44,038 nucleotides of DNA from Acidimicrobiia bacterium (GCA_016871215.1 VFZK01000001.1:1-44038); one strand, 5' to 3'. Counted from the first letter of the stretch, positions 29,141 through 39,375 are shown. The notes: generated by a model not told the origin, from the sequence alone. Numbers and translations: made by a program.

Positions 29141-32011
29141 ATGAAGGTTGGAAAGCTCTGGCTGTATGCGTTCGTCGCCTTGTTACTCAATAGCGCCTAT
29201 CTCTGGCCGCTCGCTGAGCCTTCGCTGTTGTACCTAGGCAACCTTGTGGCGCACATGGTGCTTGGCTTGGTGCTGGCTGCGGCATGTTTGGCCTATGTGC
29301 TGAGACACTTCAAGTCCATGCCGTTGGCGATGCGCGTCGGGCTGGTCCTTTTTCTTCTTAGCGCCCTGCCCGGGATGGCCTTGATGAAAGTGGGGGCGAT
29401 GCAGCCAACCCGGTGGCTGCTGCACATACATATCGCGATGGCGATTCCAGCGGCGGTCGTCCTGGGCGTAGCATTCCGCGCATTCTCCAGGAGGGCAGGC
29501 CTGGGAATCGATCGAGATACCTCGCGACTGGCTTGGCGCACCTACTTGGTAGCTGTTCCGATGCTGGCCGTCTTTCCTGCCGGGGTGAAGACTTATCAAC
29601 ACTACTTCCCTTCGGGGGCAGACCGAATTCAGAATCCCACAACAGCGCCGGCGTCGATGTACGAGGAAGGTCCTGGTCAAGACAGTCCGTTTTTCCCGTC
29701 GTCTGCTAATACGACGAGCGGGAGAACGATTCCTTCGAATTTCTTCATGACCTCGGAGACCTGCAAACGGTGCCACGCAGATATCTACGAGCAGTGGAAC
29801 TCTTCGATGCATCACTTCTCCTCGTTCAACAACCAGTGGTATCGGAAGTCGATCGAATACATGCAGGATGTGGTTGGCACGAAACCTTCCAAGTGGTGTG
29901 CAGGGTGTCACGATCACGCCGTATTCTTCAATGGACGCTTCGACACTCCGATTAAGGAACAGATCAATACGCCAGAGGCCCAAGCGGGACTGGCGTGCAC
30001 CTCCTGCCATTCCATCGTCAAGGTCAATGACAGCATGGGCAACGGTGGCTTTGTCATCGAGTACCCTGCCTTGCATGACCTGGCCGCCAGCAAAAACAGG
30101 TTCTTGCAGTGGGCTCACGATTTCCTGGTAGAAGTCGATCCTGAACCGCACAAGAAGATCTTCATGAAGCCGTTTCACCGGCAGGATGTTGCAGAGATGT
30201 GCTCTACTTGCCACAAGGTTCACCTCGACGTTCCGGTGAACGCCTATCGCTGGATGCGGGGGTTCAACGACTACGACAACTGGCAAGCCAGTGGGGTCTC
30301 CGGACAGGGAGCACGTTCCTTCTATTATCCCAAACAGTCGCAGAAATGTGTCGACTGCCACATGCCCCTCGTTGACTCCAATGATCTCGGGAACGTCAAT
30401 GGCAAAGTGCATTCGCATCGTTTTCCCGCGGCCAACACGGCGGTACCTCTGGCCAACCAGGATCACAAGCAACTGCAAACGGTGATCGACTTCCTCAGAA
30501 ATAAGCACGTGACCGTCGACATCTTCGCGTTAAGCGTGGGTCAGCCGGCAGGTGAAACCACGGAGCCGGTAGCCAAGCCGCCCGAAACCTTGCAGCTCTC
30601 GAGCTCCTTCGCCGTGGGCGAAGAGTCGGAGTCGTTCGGAGCGGGCTCTGTCGCTTCGACGGCACCCGCGGCTCAGATCGTGGCTCCGCTCGACAAGGTG
30701 CCCGCCGCCGTTCGGCGAGGCGATTCAGTGAGAGTCGACGTCGTCGTCCGGACCCGCACCGTCGGGCACTTCTTTCCCGGTGGCACCGTGGACGCCTTCG
30801 ACGTCTGGCTGGAGTTGCAAGCGATCGACCGCAAAGGTCAGACCGTTTTCTGGAGCGGTCGGGTAGAAGACAACGGGAAAGGTCCTGTCGAGCCAGGGGC
30901 CCACATGTATCGATCCTATCTGCTCGACGAACGCGGCAACCACATCAACAAGCGAAACGCCTGGGCAGCCCGATCGGTTTTGTACGTCCGGCTGATTCCG
31001 CCGGGAGCGGCCGACACGGCGCATTTCCGGCTGCACATTCCCGAAACCGCCGGCGACCGCATCACGCTGAAAGCGAAACTCAACTATCGCAAGTTCTCAT
31101 GGTGGAACACTCAGTGGGCCTACGCCGGCATCCGGGACCTGCAGCAGGGGAGCTTTGGCCTGGACAAAGGCTACGACGATGGGCGTTGGATCTTCAAGGG
31201 TGACCTGTCGCAGGTATCGGGCAAGCTGAAGGAGATCCCAGACGTTCCGATCGTCGCGATGGCCGAAGACGAGAAGCAGTTGCTCGTCGTGGACCGCAAC
31301 GGCGCCATGCCGGATCAAAGGCCGAAGTATGAGAAAGACGACCTGCTACGGTGGAACGACTACGGAATCGGGCTGTTACTGCAGGGTGACTTGAAAGGCG
31401 CCGAAGCCGCCTTTTTGGGAGTGACCGAAATCGATCCATCCTACGTCGATGGGTGGGTAAACGTTGGCAGGAGTCGCCTTCAGGAGGGCAATACGGCTGG
31501 TGCACAGCAGGTCTTGAGGAAGGCGCTAGACCTGGATGGCGAGCTGGCAAAATCGAACTACTTTTATGCTTTGTCCCTGAAGACACAAGGTAAATACGAT
31601 GAGGCGCTGCTCCACTTGCGTAAAGCGTTGGCGAAGTACCCCCGCGACCGTGTGGTGCGCAACCAGGCGGGCCGGCTCCTGTTTCTAAAGCGCCAATACG
31701 CGGAGGCCATCCGCGAGTTCGAAGAAACTTTGAAGGTGGATCCGGAAGACTTGCAGGCCCATTACAACCTGATGTTGTGTCACCAAGGTCTGGGGAATAC
31801 CGAACAGGCGGATCGCGAACAGAAGCTCTACCTGCGCTTCAAAGCCGACGAATCGGCTCAAGCCATCACGGGTCCAGTCCGGTTACGCCACCCACAGGCA
31901 AACAACGAGCGGCAGCCGATTCACGAGCACGTTTCGGTGCCTCTCGGCAATCCGGCCGACACACGCCCAACGAAATCAACCAGCCGCACTTACGCTGCAG
32001 TCGAGCCCTAG
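29141..32011 (+). CDS. Membrane-anchored (about 5 TM) pentaheme c-type cytochrome with a C-terminal TPR domain
   Basis: The N-terminal TM helices contain His residues (LVAHMVLG, WLLHIHIAM). The five CXXCH motifs are CKRCH, CAGCH, CTSCH, CSTCH and CVDCH. The C-terminal TPR repeats include AEAAFLGVTEIDPSYVDGWVNVG and YDEALLHLRKALAKYPRD. The likely start is the ATG at 29141 (MKVGKLWLY). Confidence 0.85.
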   Translation: MKVGKLWLYAFVALLLNSAYLWPLAEPSLLYLGNLVAHMVLGLVLAAACLAYVLRHFKSMPLAMRVGLVLFLLSALPGMALMKVGAMQPTRWLLHIHIAMAIPAAVVLGVAFRAFSRRAGLGIDRDTSRLAWRTYLVAVPMLAVFPAGVKTYQHYFPSGADRIQNPTTAPASMYEEGPGQDSPFFPSSANTTSGRTIPSNFFMTSETCKRCHADIYEQWNSSMHHFSSFNNQWYRKSIEYMQDVVGTKPSKWCAGCHDHAVFFNGRFDTPIKEQINTPEAQAGLACTSCHSIVKVNDSMGNGGFVIEYPALHDLAASKNRFLQWAHDFLVEVDPEPHKKIFMKPFHRQDVAEMCSTCHKVHLDVPVNAYRWMRGFNDYDNWQASGVSGQGARSFYYPKQSQKCVDCHMPLVDSNDLGNVNGKVHSHRFPAANTAVPLANQDHKQLQTVIDFLRNKHVTVDIFALSVGQPAGETTEPVAKPPETLQLSSSFAVGEESESFGAGSVASTAPAAQIVAPLDKVPAAVRRGDSVRVDVVVRTRTVGHFFPGGTVDAFDVWLELQAIDRKGQTVFWSGRVEDNGKGPVEPGAHMYRSYLLDERGNHINKRNAWAARSVLYVRLIPPGAADTAHFRLHIPETAGDRITLKAKLNYRKFSWWNTQWAYAGIRDLQQGSFGLDKGYDDGRWIFKGDLSQVSGKLKEIPDVPIVAMAEDEKQLLVVDRNGAMPDQRPKYEKDDLLRWNDYGIGLLLQGDLKGAEAAFLGVTEIDPSYVDGWVNVGRSRLQEGNTAGAQQVLRKALDLDGELAKSNYFYALSLKTQGKYDEALLHLRKALAKYPRDRVVRNQAGRLLFLKRQYAEAIREFEETLKVDPEDLQAHYNLMLCHQGLGNTEQADREQKLYLRFKADESAQAITGPVRLRHPQANNERQPIHEHVSVPLGNPADTRPTKSTSRTYAAVEP

Positions 32012-32123
32012 GGCCAAGCCAAGAGGCTGCTGTGCAGCGTGACCATCTGATGTGTATGATGAGATCAGGAAAGTAGTGCCCAGGCCGTGAACGTTGATTC
32101 TTCGAGGATGTTGGACACAACAG

Positions 32124-33887
32124 ATGCTTCGATCGAAATCGCGTAGCAGGATCTACGGAATCGTCTTCTCGTGTTCGATGCTGGCTGGATCTCCGTATTT
32201 GCAAGCTGCGGGCCCAGCTGCGCAAAAGACGCCGTCCCGACCGGCCGCAGCGCTCGTCGCAACGGCCAAGGGCTTTCCTGTGCAGTTTACCGACATCACG
32301 CGCCAGGCCGGCATTCGCTTTCAGCACAACACCGGGGCATTCGGGCAGAAGTACCTGCCGGAAACGATGGGCTCGGGTGGCGCTTTCCTTGACTACAACA
32401 ACGACGGCTGGCAGGACATCCTGCTGATCAACAGCATGGACTGGCCGGGACACAAGCGCCGTTCGTCTTTTCCGGCGCTGTACCGCAACAACAAGAATGG
32501 CACCTTCCTCGATGTCACTCGGGAGGCGGGTTTGGCAGTCGAAATCTATGGCATGGGGGCTGCCATCGGCGATTACGACAACGACGGCTGGGTGGATATT
32601 TTCATCAGCGCGCTGGGTCCCGACCGTCTGTTCCGCAACCTGGGTAATGGCAAATTCCTGGATTTGACCCAGAAGGCCGGACTGCAAAACCCGGAGTATG
32701 GCGCCAGTGCCGCCTGGTTGGACTACGACAAGGACGGAGATCTCGATCTGATTGTCACTCAGTACGTCCAGTGGTCGACGGAAACAGACATTCGTTGTTC
32801 TCTCGATGGCGTGAACAAATCCTACTGCACTCCAGAGTCGTACAAGGGCGTTTCTTCCCGGCTATTTCAGAATCAAGGAAAGAGTACGTTCTTGGATGTT
32901 ACCCAGAAGGCCGGGCTGCTCGATCCCACCGGCAAGGCTTTGGGCGTCGCTGTTTTCGATTCCAACAATGATGGTTGGCCAGACCTATTAATCGCCAATG
33001 ACACCCAGCCGAACCGCCTGTACCTGAACAACCGAAACGGGACTTTCACGGAGCGCGGCGTTCAGGCAGGGATCGCATTTAGCGAAGATGGGACGGTGCG
33101 CGGAGCGATGGGAGTGGACACAGCCGACTACGACGGATCGGGATTCGCCAGTCTGCTCATCGCCAATTTCTCGAATGAAATGCTCAATCTCTATCACAAC
33201 GAAGGGAAAGGGCTCTTCGTCGATGAAGCCCCGACTTCAACCGTGGGCCAAGCCAGCTTATTGACGTTGGCCTTTGGCTGCTTCTTTTTCGACCTGGACC
33301 TCGATGGACGCATGGATATCTTCGTGGCAAACGGGCATGTCGAGAACGATATCAACAAGGTCCAGAAGCGTGTGACCTATCCGCAGCCGCCGCATCTGTT
33401 TCACAATCGCAGCAACAAGCAGTTTGCAGAAATCACCCAGCTGGTTGGTCCCAGTATGAAGATCCCTCGCGTGGCAAGGGGTGCTGCCTATGCCGATATC
33501 GACAACGACGGTGACCTGGACGTGCTTGTCACTGCCAATGGCGGACCCGCCGTGCTATGGCAAAACGATGGAGGCAACGCGAACCGTTATCTCAGGATCA
33601 AGGCCGTGGGTACGCGGAGCAACCGCGATGGCATCGGGGCCGTCGTGCGTTTGAAGCTGCCTTCCGGAGCCCTTTGGCAACAAGTGAAAAGCGGCAGCAG
33701 CTATTGCTCACAGAATGAATTGCCCGTCACCTTTGGCCTCGGCAAGACTGCTCAGATCCCAACGCTGGAAGTCGTTTGGCCCAGTGGCACTGTCGACCGG
33801 ATAACGAACGTCTCGTCGAATCAGTTCCTCACCGTCCAAGAAGGCACAAACAGCGCCCAACCGGTTGCTTTGACCTCGCTGAAATGA
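32124..33887 (+). CDS. CRTAC1-family secreted protein (FG-GAP/VCBS beta-propeller repeats plus an ASPIC/UnbV domain)
   Basis: It has a signal peptide (MLRSKSRSRIYGIVFSCSMLAGSPYLQAAG). Repeated DxNxDGxxD motifs are DYNNDGWQDILL, DYDNDGWVDIF, DYDKDGDLDL, DSNNDGWPDLL and DIDNDGDLDVL. The UnbV signature is RSNRDGIGAVVRLK...SGSSYCSQNELPVTFGLG...VVWPSG. Confidence 0.9.
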   Translation: MLRSKSRSRIYGIVFSCSMLAGSPYLQAAGPAAQKTPSRPAAALVATAKGFPVQFTDITRQAGIRFQHNTGAFGQKYLPETMGSGGAFLDYNNDGWQDILLINSMDWPGHKRRSSFPALYRNNKNGTFLDVTREAGLAVEIYGMGAAIGDYDNDGWVDIFISALGPDRLFRNLGNGKFLDLTQKAGLQNPEYGASAAWLDYDKDGDLDLIVTQYVQWSTETDIRCSLDGVNKSYCTPESYKGVSSRLFQNQGKSTFLDVTQKAGLLDPTGKALGVAVFDSNNDGWPDLLIANDTQPNRLYLNNRNGTFTERGVQAGIAFSEDGTVRGAMGVDTADYDGSGFASLLIANFSNEMLNLYHNEGKGLFVDEAPTSTVGQASLLTLAFGCFFFDLDLDGRMDIFVANGHVENDINKVQKRVTYPQPPHLFHNRSNKQFAEITQLVGPSMKIPRVARGAAYADIDNDGDLDVLVTANGGPAVLWQNDGGNANRYLRIKAVGTRSNRDGIGAVVRLKLPSGALWQQVKSGSSYCSQNELPVTFGLGKTAQIPTLEVVWPSGTVDRITNVSSNQFLTVQEGTNSAQPVALTSLK

Positions 33888-34101
33888 TTTTGCAAGCAAC
33901 TCGCCTGCGCCATGGTCGCGCCACGCGGGGCGGCCGTGACGTGAAGACAAGCTATTATAGAAACTCCAGACAGACACTTCGCTTCCTCGCTTTCGTTCCA
34001 AATCCGTCGAGCGAATGGTCCATGCTAGAATGCGTTACTGAAGTTTCCGTCTTGGTAGCTGTGAAGCGAGCGGTAGCTTTCGGGCCGCGGGACTGGTAGT
34101 C

Positions 34102-34743
34102 ATGGTCAAAGAAGTAGAGCCCAAGTATCTTTCATCTTCTCTCGCGAAGCCATCATTCCCAAAGATGACCTACCCACAGTTTCTCAAGACTGTGCCGGAT
34201 GATGTCCACGCTGAGTGGGTCGACGGTCAGGTAGTGCCAATGACACCGGTTTCTAGCGATCACAGCAAGTTATCCGTCTTTCTGGCAGCTCTGCTGTTGC
34301 ACTTCGCCCCAATTCGGGACGCAGGGGAGGTCTTTTCCGAACCGTTCCAAATGAAGACTGGCCCGGATTTGCCGGGGCGATCGCCGGACTTAATCTTCGT
34401 CTCTAGGGAAAGACTCAGCCAGCTCAGAAGAAACTACCTGAAAGGCCCAGCCGATCTGGTCGTAGAAATCATCAGTCCTGGCAGCCGCGCGCGGGACCGC
34501 AGGGAGAAGTTCCACGAATACGAGCAGGGTGGCGTGCGCGAGTATTGGCTGATCGATCCGGTGCGCCAGCAGGCTGAGTTCTAAGAATTGGGCAAGAATG
34601 GAGCATTTCGCCCGATTAGCGTTGAAGAGGATGGCGTCTTTCGAAGCCAGGTGCTGAAGGGTCTTTGGCTCCGCGTATCCTGGCTGTGGCAATCGCCACC
34701 GCCGCCGTTGATGACAGTACTGAAGAGTTGGAAGCTGATCTGA
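34102..34743 (+). pseudogene. Uma2-family (DUF820) restriction-endonuclease-like gene interrupted by one in-frame TAA
   Basis: The motifs PDLIFVSRERL...PADLVVEIISPGSRARDRREKFHEYEQGGVREYWLIDPVRQQAEF precede TAA (34582-34584). The same frame continues as ELGKNGAFRPISVEEDGVFRSQVLKGLWLRVSWLW... to TGA at 34741-34743. The stop sits where family members usually carry Tyr (xVxVYxL). Confidence 0.75.
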
Positions 34744-34794
34744 GTGTCCTTTTGCCTGTCTCGTCGGCCGGCTGAAATCCCAACCAAATAGAAC

Positions 34795-37700
34795 ATGATC
34801 CATTCGAAAACATGTGGCTTGGCTGCCAGGCGTCCAGTAGTCGTGCTGACCCTGGTTGCGGCCGCGCTAGGCTGTCTCGCTGCCCTCCTCACGTATCAAA
34901 AACTCAGTGCGGCTGCCGCACAACCGGCTTCCCAGAAGGCTTCGCCGCAACAGAAACTGCTCTATCACAACAACATTGCCATTGCACTCATGGAGCAATT
35001 CAACTTCCGTGAGGCGCTCGGCGAACTGGCTCAGTGTTTGAAGATCGAATCGAAGTTCGTGCCGGCTTTGGTGAATTCTGCCCTGGCTCACTTCTACCTT
35101 CAGGAATTCCCGCAAGCTGAAGAATACCTGAAGAAGGCAATCGCCATCGATCCTGCACAGCCAAACGCGCTCTTTGCCCTCGGCATGATCTACCGGAATC
35201 AGAACCAGATGGAGGAAGCACTGGCCTCCTTCCGGAAGATTTTGGCTGCAGACCCTCAAGACCCTCCGACGCTCTACCAGGCCGGGCAGATTTACCTGAA
35301 ACAGCAGAAGTATGGAGAGGCCGTCGAAACGCTGCGCAAGGTTGTCGAACTTTCGCCTTACGACATTGCAGCGCACTACAACCTGGCGACTGCGCTAATT
35401 CGCAAAGGCGACCAAGTTGCAGGCCAGAAAATGATGGAGACCTTCACGCGCCTCCGGGAGAAAGGAGGCATCAGCAACACGGGTACCCAGTACGGCGAAC
35501 AGGGCCAGTACATGTTGGCCATTGGCGAGTACACCGAGATCAAAAGCATCGTCAAGGAGCTGCCCCCTGCCCGCCATCGGCCGATCCAGTTTGTCAACGT
35601 GACCGAGGCAGCCGGAATCCGTTTTGTACACGGAGCTCAGGGGCCTGCCTCCATCTCGATCGAGAACCTCGTTTCGGCCATGGGTTCTGGAGCATCCTTC
35701 TGCGACTACGACAAAGACGGGGCTCTCGATCTCTATCTGGCGAATGCCTCGTCGGATCAGCCCAAGTCTCACGGAGCGCTCTACCGCAACGACGGTAAAG
35801 GACGTTTCGAGAACGTGACCGAGAAAGCCGGCATTCGAGCAACCGGTCTTGGCATGGGAGCCTATTGGGGCGACTTAAACAACGATGGCCACGCCGATCT
35901 CTTCTTGACGAAGTACGGAACAAACCAGCTCTATCTGAATAGTGGCGACGGGACGTTTGTCGATGTCACGGAGAAATCTGGCCTCGGTCGCGATGAGCAC
36001 TGGCATCTGTCGGGTGCCTTGTCTGACGTGGACCATGACGGAGACCTCGACATCTTTGTCGGCAACTACTGGGATACGAAGCAACCCCATGACGAGTTAC
36101 CCGGAGCGACGGTGATCCGCGACTTGGGCGCTATTCCTGGTGGCGCATGCCATCTTTATCGAAACAACGGCGATGGCACGTTTACCGACATCGCAAATGA
36201 AGCCAGGGTCAAACTGGCCAACGAATCCATCTCTTCTGTCGTCTTCACGGATTTCGACAACCGGCGCGACATCGACCTCTGGGTCGCCAGCGAACGGGGA
36301 GGCAGCCATCTCTACAGCAACGAGAGAGTCGGCACCTTTCTGGACGTCATTCCGAAAGACCTGGCGATGAATTCGCTGAATCCCTTCAGTGTTTCGGTAG
36401 GCGACTATAACAAGGACGGCTGGATGGATTTTGCAGTTACCCGGCATTCCGTCGAAGGTACCTGGCTGGTCCGGAATCTCGGAAGCGGGAAATTCGATCA
36501 AGCCGCTCTGCTGGCCAATGAGAATCTGCCAGCCAAAGGCAGCACCGGTTGGATGTCGCACTTCTTCGACTACGACAATGATGGCGACGTGGATCTGTTC
36601 CTGGTCAACGGGGGTCAGTCCGCCGCCGATGCCAACTCGAAAGATGCCGGACCCGAGCTATGGGAGAACCAAGGGAACAGCAAATTCATCAATGTCACAT
36701 CCAAGACGGCTCTAAGTCGCGAGGTCGGCAAGCCCTATCGCAGTGCCACTTTTGGGGACTACGACAACGATGGCGACACAGACGTCCTGCTCACTGTCAA
36801 CGGCGGTAGCCCCGTCTTGCTGCGCAACGATGGAGGCAACGAGAACAACTGGATCAAGGTCCGGCTGCAAGGCACGAACAGCAACAAGTCAGGCATTGGG
36901 ACCAAAGTCGAAGTCAAGTCAGGAGCGCTTTGGCAGAAGGTCGAAGTGAACGGAGGCAGCGGCTATCTCTCGCAGAGTCCGCCCGAAGTCATCTTCGGCC
37001 TGGGATCGCTGAGATCGGTCGATGCTTTGCGCCTCTTGTGGCCGGGCGGAGTGTTGCAGTCCGAAATCAACCTGCCAGTGAATCAGGCCAAGCTCGTCCA
37101 GGAACTGGATCGCAAAGGCACTTCTTGTCCGCTGCTCTATACTTGGAATGGTGCGAAGTATCAGTTTGTAACCGATTTTCTCGGTGGCTGCGCCATCGGC
37201 TATCTGCTGGCGCCCGGCCAGTACAACACTCCGGACACCGATGAGTATGTTCGCGTGACTGACTCGCAGCTGAAGCTGCGTGATGGCCGATACTCGCTGC
37301 GAATGAACAATCAGCTCGAAGAGGTACTGTTCATCGATGAAACGAAGTTGGTCGCCATAGATCACCCCGCCAGTATCGAGCTGTTCCCCAATGAAAGGTT
37401 GTTGCCTGGTCCGCCATTCCCTGAGTTCAAGCTTTTTGCCGCCCAGAATGCCCGTCCACCCAAGGCAGCTTGGGATCAGCAGGGTCGCGATGTGTTGCCG
37501 CTGATCGCTCGGATCGACCGAGACACACCCCAGGGGTTCAAACTGCTGCCATTCAAGGGATACGCCGAGGAACACTCTCTCACTTTGAACTTGGGCGACA
37601 TCGGTGGGGCTGTGCCGCTCCAGTTACTCATGACGGCCTGGATCGACTATGCCGACTCGACAGCCAATTTCAAGGCTTCGCAGACCGGTGTGAAGCTGGC

Positions 37701-38400
37701 GCCGCCTTACTTGCAGGCCAAAACGAAACGAGGTGAATGGGAAACCGTCATCCCGAACATGGGCTTTCCGGCCGGATTGACCAAGACGATGGTTGTCGAC
37801 CTGACAGGCCGGCTGCCTGAAGGTAGCCACGAGGTGCGCATCGTCACGAACATGCGCATCTATTGGGACCAGATCTTGGTGAATCGGTTTGCAGGCCTCT
37901 CCACTTACAGCGTGCATCGACTCTCCGCAGCCAGCGCAGAGCTGCGCTATGTGGGTTTCCCTCGCGAGTACAGTCCTGATGGGAAGCGCCCTCTGATTTA
38001 TGACTATGACTGGATCGATCCGGTCGCGCCCTGGAAGAGCCACGTGGGAGACTACACGCGCTTCGGCGACGTTAGGCCCTTGCTCGGTGACAGGGACGAT
38101 CGATATGTGATCATGCGCAATGGCGACGAGATCCAGATCGATTTTGCTGCGAGCCTCCTTCCGGAGTTGCCAACCGGATGGAAGCGCACATTCTTGTTTT
38201 ATGCAGACGGGTTCGGGAAGGACATGGACCTGCACTCCGCCGCATCTGATACGGTCGCGCCTTTGCCGTTCCACGGGATGTCCAAGTACCCTTATGTGGC
38301 ACCCGAAAAGTACCCTGACACGAGCCTCCATCGGCGCTATCAGCAGGAATACAACACCCGCCATGTCCCTGAGGAGTTGAGCGAGCTGCACAAGCGCTGA
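34795..38400 (+). CDS. Large TPR, FG-GAP/VCBS propeller and ASPIC/UnbV protein with an about 430-aa uncharacterised C-terminal extension (CRTAC1-type)
   Basis: 1201 aa.
- N-terminal anchor or signal: VVVLTLVAAALGCLAALL.
- TPR repeats: residues about 60-220.
- DxDxDG repeats: DYDKDGALDL, DLNNDGHADL, DVDHDGDLDI, DYNKDGWMDF, DYDNDGDVDL and DYDNDGDTDVL.
- UnbV motif: NSNKSGIGTKVEVK...GSGYLSQSPPEVIFGLG...LLWPGG. Confidence 0.9.
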   Translation: MIHSKTCGLAARRPVVVLTLVAAALGCLAALLTYQKLSAAAAQPASQKASPQQKLLYHNNIAIALMEQFNFREALGELAQCLKIESKFVPALVNSALAHFYLQEFPQAEEYLKKAIAIDPAQPNALFALGMIYRNQNQMEEALASFRKILAADPQDPPTLYQAGQIYLKQQKYGEAVETLRKVVELSPYDIAAHYNLATALIRKGDQVAGQKMMETFTRLREKGGISNTGTQYGEQGQYMLAIGEYTEIKSIVKELPPARHRPIQFVNVTEAAGIRFVHGAQGPASISIENLVSAMGSGASFCDYDKDGALDLYLANASSDQPKSHGALYRNDGKGRFENVTEKAGIRATGLGMGAYWGDLNNDGHADLFLTKYGTNQLYLNSGDGTFVDVTEKSGLGRDEHWHLSGALSDVDHDGDLDIFVGNYWDTKQPHDELPGATVIRDLGAIPGGACHLYRNNGDGTFTDIANEARVKLANESISSVVFTDFDNRRDIDLWVASERGGSHLYSNERVGTFLDVIPKDLAMNSLNPFSVSVGDYNKDGWMDFAVTRHSVEGTWLVRNLGSGKFDQAALLANENLPAKGSTGWMSHFFDYDNDGDVDLFLVNGGQSAADANSKDAGPELWENQGNSKFINVTSKTALSREVGKPYRSATFGDYDNDGDTDVLLTVNGGSPVLLRNDGGNENNWIKVRLQGTNSNKSGIGTKVEVKSGALWQKVEVNGGSGYLSQSPPEVIFGLGSLRSVDALRLLWPGGVLQSEINLPVNQAKLVQELDRKGTSCPLLYTWNGAKYQFVTDFLGGCAIGYLLAPGQYNTPDTDEYVRVTDSQLKLRDGRYSLRMNNQLEEVLFIDETKLVAIDHPASIELFPNERLLPGPPFPEFKLFAAQNARPPKAAWDQQGRDVLPLIARIDRDTPQGFKLLPFKGYAEEHSLTLNLGDIGGAVPLQLLMTAWIDYADSTANFKASQTGVKLAPPYLQAKTKRGEWETVIPNMGFPAGLTKTMVVDLTGRLPEGSHEVRIVTNMRIYWDQILVNRFAGLSTYSVHRLSAASAELRYVGFPREYSPDGKRPLIYDYDWIDPVAPWKSHVGDYTRFGDVRPLLGDRDDRYVIMRNGDEIQIDFAASLLPELPTGWKRTFLFYADGFGKDMDLHSAASDTVAPLPFHGMSKYPYVAPEKYPDTSLHRRYQQEYNTRHVPEELSELHKR

Positions 38401-38461
38401 AGTTCCCGAGGCAGCGTACCCGTTGTCTCGGCGTCATCCCGAGACGCGGCTCCTCGCACCT

Positions 38462-39304
38462 ATGACCGAACTGGATTTTCGAACACTCGACCTGCTAATC
38501 TCGCTAGCTGTGCAGGAAGACCTGGGATTTTCGGACATTACCACGCGGGCAGTGGTAGAACCGTCTCTGCAGGCTCGTGGGGAATTCGTCGCTAAACAGG
38601 ATTTCACGCTGGCAGGGTGGCCAGTGGTCGAGCGTGTTTTCCAGACAATATCCACGGCAATCCAAGTTGAGAGCTGGAAGCGCGACGGCGATGCCATCGC
38701 AAAAGGAACCGTTTTCGGAACGGCCGACGGCCCTGCGGTGTACTTGCTTTCGAGCGAGCGCGTCGCCTTGAACTTCTTGCAGAGGCTCTCCGGCATCGCC
38801 ACGCTCACCCGGAAATTCGTGGAGGCCGTTTCGGGTACGGGAGCCGTGATTCTCGATACGCGCAAAACCACACCTGGACTGCGGGCGATCGAGAAGTATG
38901 CTGTCCGCATGGGTGGCGGCCGCAACCATCGGTTTGGACTCTCTGACGGAGTGCTGATCAAGGAAAACCACATCACAGCCGCTGGGGGCATTTCGGAAGC
39001 CATCCGCCGTGCGCGGTCCGGAGTCGACCATCTGAAGAAAATCGAGATCGAAGTAGCCACGCTCGAAGAACTCGGTCAGTCTCTGGACGCGGGCGCTGAC
39101 GCAATCCTTTTGGACAACATGAGCCCCAGCCAGGTCACAGAAGCCGTGCGCCAAACCGGCGGGCGGGTGCCACTGGAAGCTTCGGGCGGAATCCACCTCG
39201 GCAACGTTCGCGAATACGCGCTGACCGGCGTGAACTTCATTTCGGTCGGCGCTCTGACACACTCTTTCCCGTCGGCAGACATCAGCCTGGAGCTGAAGTT
39301 GTAG
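38462..39304 (+). CDS. nadC: Nicotinate-nucleotide pyrophosphorylase (quinolinate phosphoribosyltransferase) NadC
   Basis: Motifs are LAVQEDLGFSDITT, ERVALNFLQRLSGIAT, LDTRKTTPGLRAIEKYAVRMGGGRNHRFGLSDGVLIKENH and ILLDNM. The likely start is the ATG at 38462. Confidence 0.92.
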   Translation: MTELDFRTLDLLISLAVQEDLGFSDITTRAVVEPSLQARGEFVAKQDFTLAGWPVVERVFQTISTAIQVESWKRDGDAIAKGTVFGTADGPAVYLLSSERVALNFLQRLSGIATLTRKFVEAVSGTGAVILDTRKTTPGLRAIEKYAVRMGGGRNHRFGLSDGVLIKENHITAAGGISEAIRRARSGVDHLKKIEIEVATLEELGQSLDAGADAILLDNMSPSQVTEAVRQTGGRVPLEASGGIHLGNVREYALTGVNFISVGALTHSFPSADISLELKL

Positions 39305-39375
39305 GGTCCAGGCGTCTTGACGGTAGCTGGAACATGTTTCCCCACTGGAGAGGGCAATCTTCCCGCAGGCCAAGA

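Noticed and set aside
29234-30508. A 424-aa minus-strand ORF inside the cytochrome-TPR gene. Similar long antisense ORFs lie at 37624-38391, 38504-39373 and 39851-40822.
   Set aside because: They are antisense to genes with clear family motifs (CXXCH, UnbV, NadC, BirA/CoaX). They have no motifs of their own and their composition is shadow-frame-like.
31866-32687. A 273-aa minus-strand ORF bridging the cytochrome-TPR / CRTAC1 intergenic region
   Set aside because: It is mostly antisense to two well-supported genes, with an Arg-rich shadow-frame composition.
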